Shown piece by piece: positions 61,346 to 64,000 of a DNA stretch of 64,000 bases. The stretch lies in assembly GCA_029953675.1 (NCBI GenBank), contig JAMWBK010000007.1, positions 1,922,001-1,986,000 on the forward strand, given 5' to 3'. Made by a program: the position numbers and the translations under genes. The notes under the pieces were generated by a model, which searched no databases, had not been told where the DNA came from, and saw only the letters and a program-made list of their open reading frames with translations. Numbering within the stretch: position 1 is the stretch's first letter; each line of letters opens with the position of its first letter. Source of the DNA: Rhodosorus marinus CCMP1338 (Eukaryota > Plantae > Rhodophyta).

Positions 61346-61509
61346 GACGGTCAATCTACTACAGCAACCCCCCCAACCCCCCCCCAAAAAACCAAAACCA
61401 AAAACTTTAAGCTCAACACAACACGCTAAGCAAACTCTAGATGGCTTTCACCACCACGTCCGGGCCAATTGATCCATTCAGATTTACCCTGACCCTTATC
61501 TGTTTTTGA

Positions 61510-61720
61510 ACAACCCTTCCTCTTCCTCTCCAAAAGCTTCAAGAACCTTCGATCACCGATTGTACCCCTCTTCCCCTCTGGTGTTTCCTTGAAGAAGACG
61601 GTGCGGCTTGTAACAACCCTCAACCCCAACACTTCCTCTTCCTCTCCAAAATCTTCAAGAACCACGAGCACCGACCGTACGCCTCTTCACCTCCAGTGTT
61701 TCCTTCAAGAAGAAGGTGCG
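61510..61720. repeat. ~115-bp tandem duplication
   Basis: CTTCCTCTTCCTCTCCAAAA, CTTCAAGAACC (61538 and 61653) and GGTGCGGCTTGTA each occur twice. Confidence 0.85.
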
Positions 61721-62127
61721 GCTTGTACTAATGCTCCACCTTATGTTTGTTGATCACTCCCTGCGTGCCCCCGTTCTACAGACCCAACTTGAAGAAGCCC
61801 TTCTTAGGGCTTCGTGGTCGCGGAGCGACTGTGATGCTGATCAGAGAAGCTCGCAGAAGCAGACAGCGCTAAGAATGTTTCGACCATGGTTGGAATCTCT
61901 CTGACATGTTAACTGTACTGAGACAAATGTCTCATGAAGTGGAAGTCGGCTCTGCGCTAGGGTGATCTTCCTGGCAACTCAGGCACAGCTGTTTTAACGC
62001 CCAAGAGTGGTGAGCCACTGAAGACGAATCCGATCTCTGCTGTGCTTTCTTCTTCGGAGGCTGTGGTTGTAGAGATATTTCCGATAGGCCCTAGGGGGAA
62101 GCCGACGCCCTGTTCCCAGGAGTGATC

Positions 62128-62607
62128 TCATGGTTCGATCGCTGCGACTGCTTTGAGACACGCTCCTGCCGTCCCCCCTAGGCTGGTCTTTGTCAGTGCG
62201 TTTGTTATCCGAGGACTTGAGCCCATTCTGCTGCTGTAGTACGCTTTCGTCCGTTTGTAAAGCTCTTGCTTCGGTGCTTTTAAGGTTCCGCTGGACAGAA
62301 CCACACGCATACGGACGCGCACGCTCCCGCCGTTTGCCGAAGATATCTTGCTTGTAAGCGTCAGGGCTGCGCGCACGCGCGCGGCTTCATCACGTGCACA
62401 TCGTATGAGCGCGAGCCTGGTTCCAGGATCAAAGTACTTCAAAGCAAGCGCCCACTGAGTCTGACCCAGACCTACAACACCGAAATATGCTTCGAGACCT
62501 CTCCTTAGCATCTGGAAAACGTCATTGGAACTGACTTTCCCCTCCAACCTATCGCTCTTTTGATGATCAACAATACAAACCAAATATCTGTTCTTCGCAC
62601 GAACCAT
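62128..62607 (-). CDS. POP5: RNase P/MRP protein subunit POP5
   Basis: MVRAKNRYLV...YFGVVG...KYFDPGTRLALIRCARD...VRAALTL...VVLSSGTLK. Confidence 0.9.
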   Translation of the reverse strand: MVRAKNRYLVCIVDHQKSDRLEGKVSSNDVFQMLRRGLEAYFGVVGLGQTQWALALKYFDPGTRLALIRCARDEAARVRAALTLTSKISSANGGSVRVRMRVVLSSGTLKAPKQELYKRTKAYYSSRMGSSPRITNALTKTSLGGTAGACLKAVAAIEP

Positions 62608-63567
62608 CCTGCTCCTAAGGTACTCTGCTTTCGCTAAGACCGAAATCCAGGTCTTCCTAGTTCATGATACCCTTCCTTCTACCTTCAACCAGATTCGAAA
62701 GCGTTATAAACGAAGAGTATTCCTAGGCTAATCCGTCCTGTTCAAAAGCCCGAATGCAATCTCAAGGCGCGTCGATGAACATTTCTCAAAAGTTCTTAAG
62801 GCACCTCCCGAACTCGGAGTCCTGCGAAGGGCAGCAAATACTTTTCTTCTTAGTTCTAGAAGTTCACATAACGACAGGTCGTCCGGGAAAGGGAGTCGCA
62901 GAACGAATTCGTGCGAACCGATCCCGTCCGCTCGTTCTCGGAGGATCAGAAGTCTACTGGAGCTTCACTTAAGGACGATCTGATGGGGAGCGATCTGATG
63001 GGGAGCGATCTAGAGGATGGTTTTCGTTGGCCATTCCTTCCAGATCGACTTGACAGCCTTGCAATCGTTGCTGGCTCTCAAGCTGATCATTGGATGGTTA
63101 AAGGTTTCGTTCTCAGGGATTGAGACCTGAGACTGTTCTTGAAAACACGACTACTTAATGCTTGACCTCTGAGGACGACTGGACTGCCTCTGAAAGCCAG
63201 GAACATGCCGCGGATGGATTCACGAAAAAAAGCATCTTAACTACACACATTTTAATTCACAACAAGCAGCAGGTTCTGTGGTTTTACCTGAATGCGTTCA
63301 GTAACGTTTAAAATTCTCACTTATCCGTATCAATCCCTGTATCCCGGACTCCACTCCTAGTAGCCTGCACACCGCCATCAAGAAAAGAGGACCTTGTACT
63401 CTCCAAAATTCCTGTGAAAGGATGAGGAAACGCATCGCTGGTGGTTTGCCACCAGCGTCATCGAAAAAGTATTCCAAAGCGGTTCCATTTCTAACCGGCT
63501 TTGGTATCAATTTCGCACGGCGTGTGTGTTGCGTTTTTGTTTTTGTTTCGGCACGTAAGCTCTGGAT

Positions 63568-64000
63568 TTACAAGCGCCCGTGTGTACCTCTCGAGTCTTC
63601 TCTCCCCACGAGCTTTTTCAAATACTTTACAGTCTCGAATACGGTTGCTGCTACAAGGCTCTTTGACTTCTTCTCCTTGGATTCAGAGTCCCTTGATGAG
63701 GAAGGTGCGTCTAGTCCGGCTCCGGGCAAAACGCTGTCGTTTACAGTCAGACTCACGAAGAATCCAATGGGCACCATCCAAACGCACAAGAGGAAGAACG
63801 ATGCTATGGATGGAGTCGGTGAGAGTCTGTAGTTGTAGAACATATTGTAATTCTCGTGGAAGTACCGGTACCAAGCGACGTTGTTGATCACGAACATGAT
63901 CCCAGATCCGATGAAAGGCAGCGTCTTCGGCTGCAGAAACGGAAACGATTTAAGAAGTTGATAGTACGTCACGTGAGACACGAACCCAATGGCGCAGTAC
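63568..64000 (-). CDS. TEX261: TEX261/SVP26 ER-Golgi membrane protein (5' partial)
   Basis: HVTYYQLLKSFPF, FFLLCVWMVPIGFFVSLTVNDSVLP. The frame stays open to the window edge. Confidence 0.85.
   Translation of the reverse strand, partial: YCAIGFVSHVTYYQLLKSFPFLQPKTLPFIGSGIMFVINNVAWYRYFHENYNMFYNYRLSPTPSIASFFLLCVWMVPIGFFVSLTVNDSVLPGAGLDAPSSSRDSESKEKKSKSLVAATVFETVKYLKKLVGREDSRGTHGRL

Overview
This is eukaryotic nuclear DNA from a compact, intron-containing genome. Introns are GT-AG, mostly about 80-140 nt, often with CTAAC branch points. It is most likely a red alga (inference): several genes have plastid transit peptides with an early Phe (MGFV-, MSCFV-, MVELGF-, MLVLGF-) and no signal peptide. 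I can support 23 protein-coding genes: DBP7-like helicase, PHO84/PHT1-like transporter, degenerate NodB-like membrane protein, two tandem cysteine synthases, SDHAF2, THOC7, a spliced profilin-like gene missed by the ORF track, mRNA guanylyltransferase, DUF547, COG6, MIC60, DUF1499, ERMP1-like M28 peptidase, YchF, F-box/WD40, a degenerate HAD protein, SEM1, BMS1, TM9SF, WDR53-like, POP5 and TEX261/SVP26. No rRNA, tRNA or CRISPR array is supported. The most unusual structure is non-coding. (1) The 2-kb spacer between the two cysteine synthase copies holds a ~280-bp near-perfect fold-back, a MITE-like element with 20-bp TIRs and ATCGGAC repeats, and a 14-bp hairpin sharing a 12-mer with that TIR at the duplication breakpoint. 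(2) A 39/78-bp higher-order satellite places CCAAT every 39 bp. (3) Degenerate tandem duplications sit just upstream of seven minus-strand genes. All alignments and splice models were done by eye; no database searches were run.
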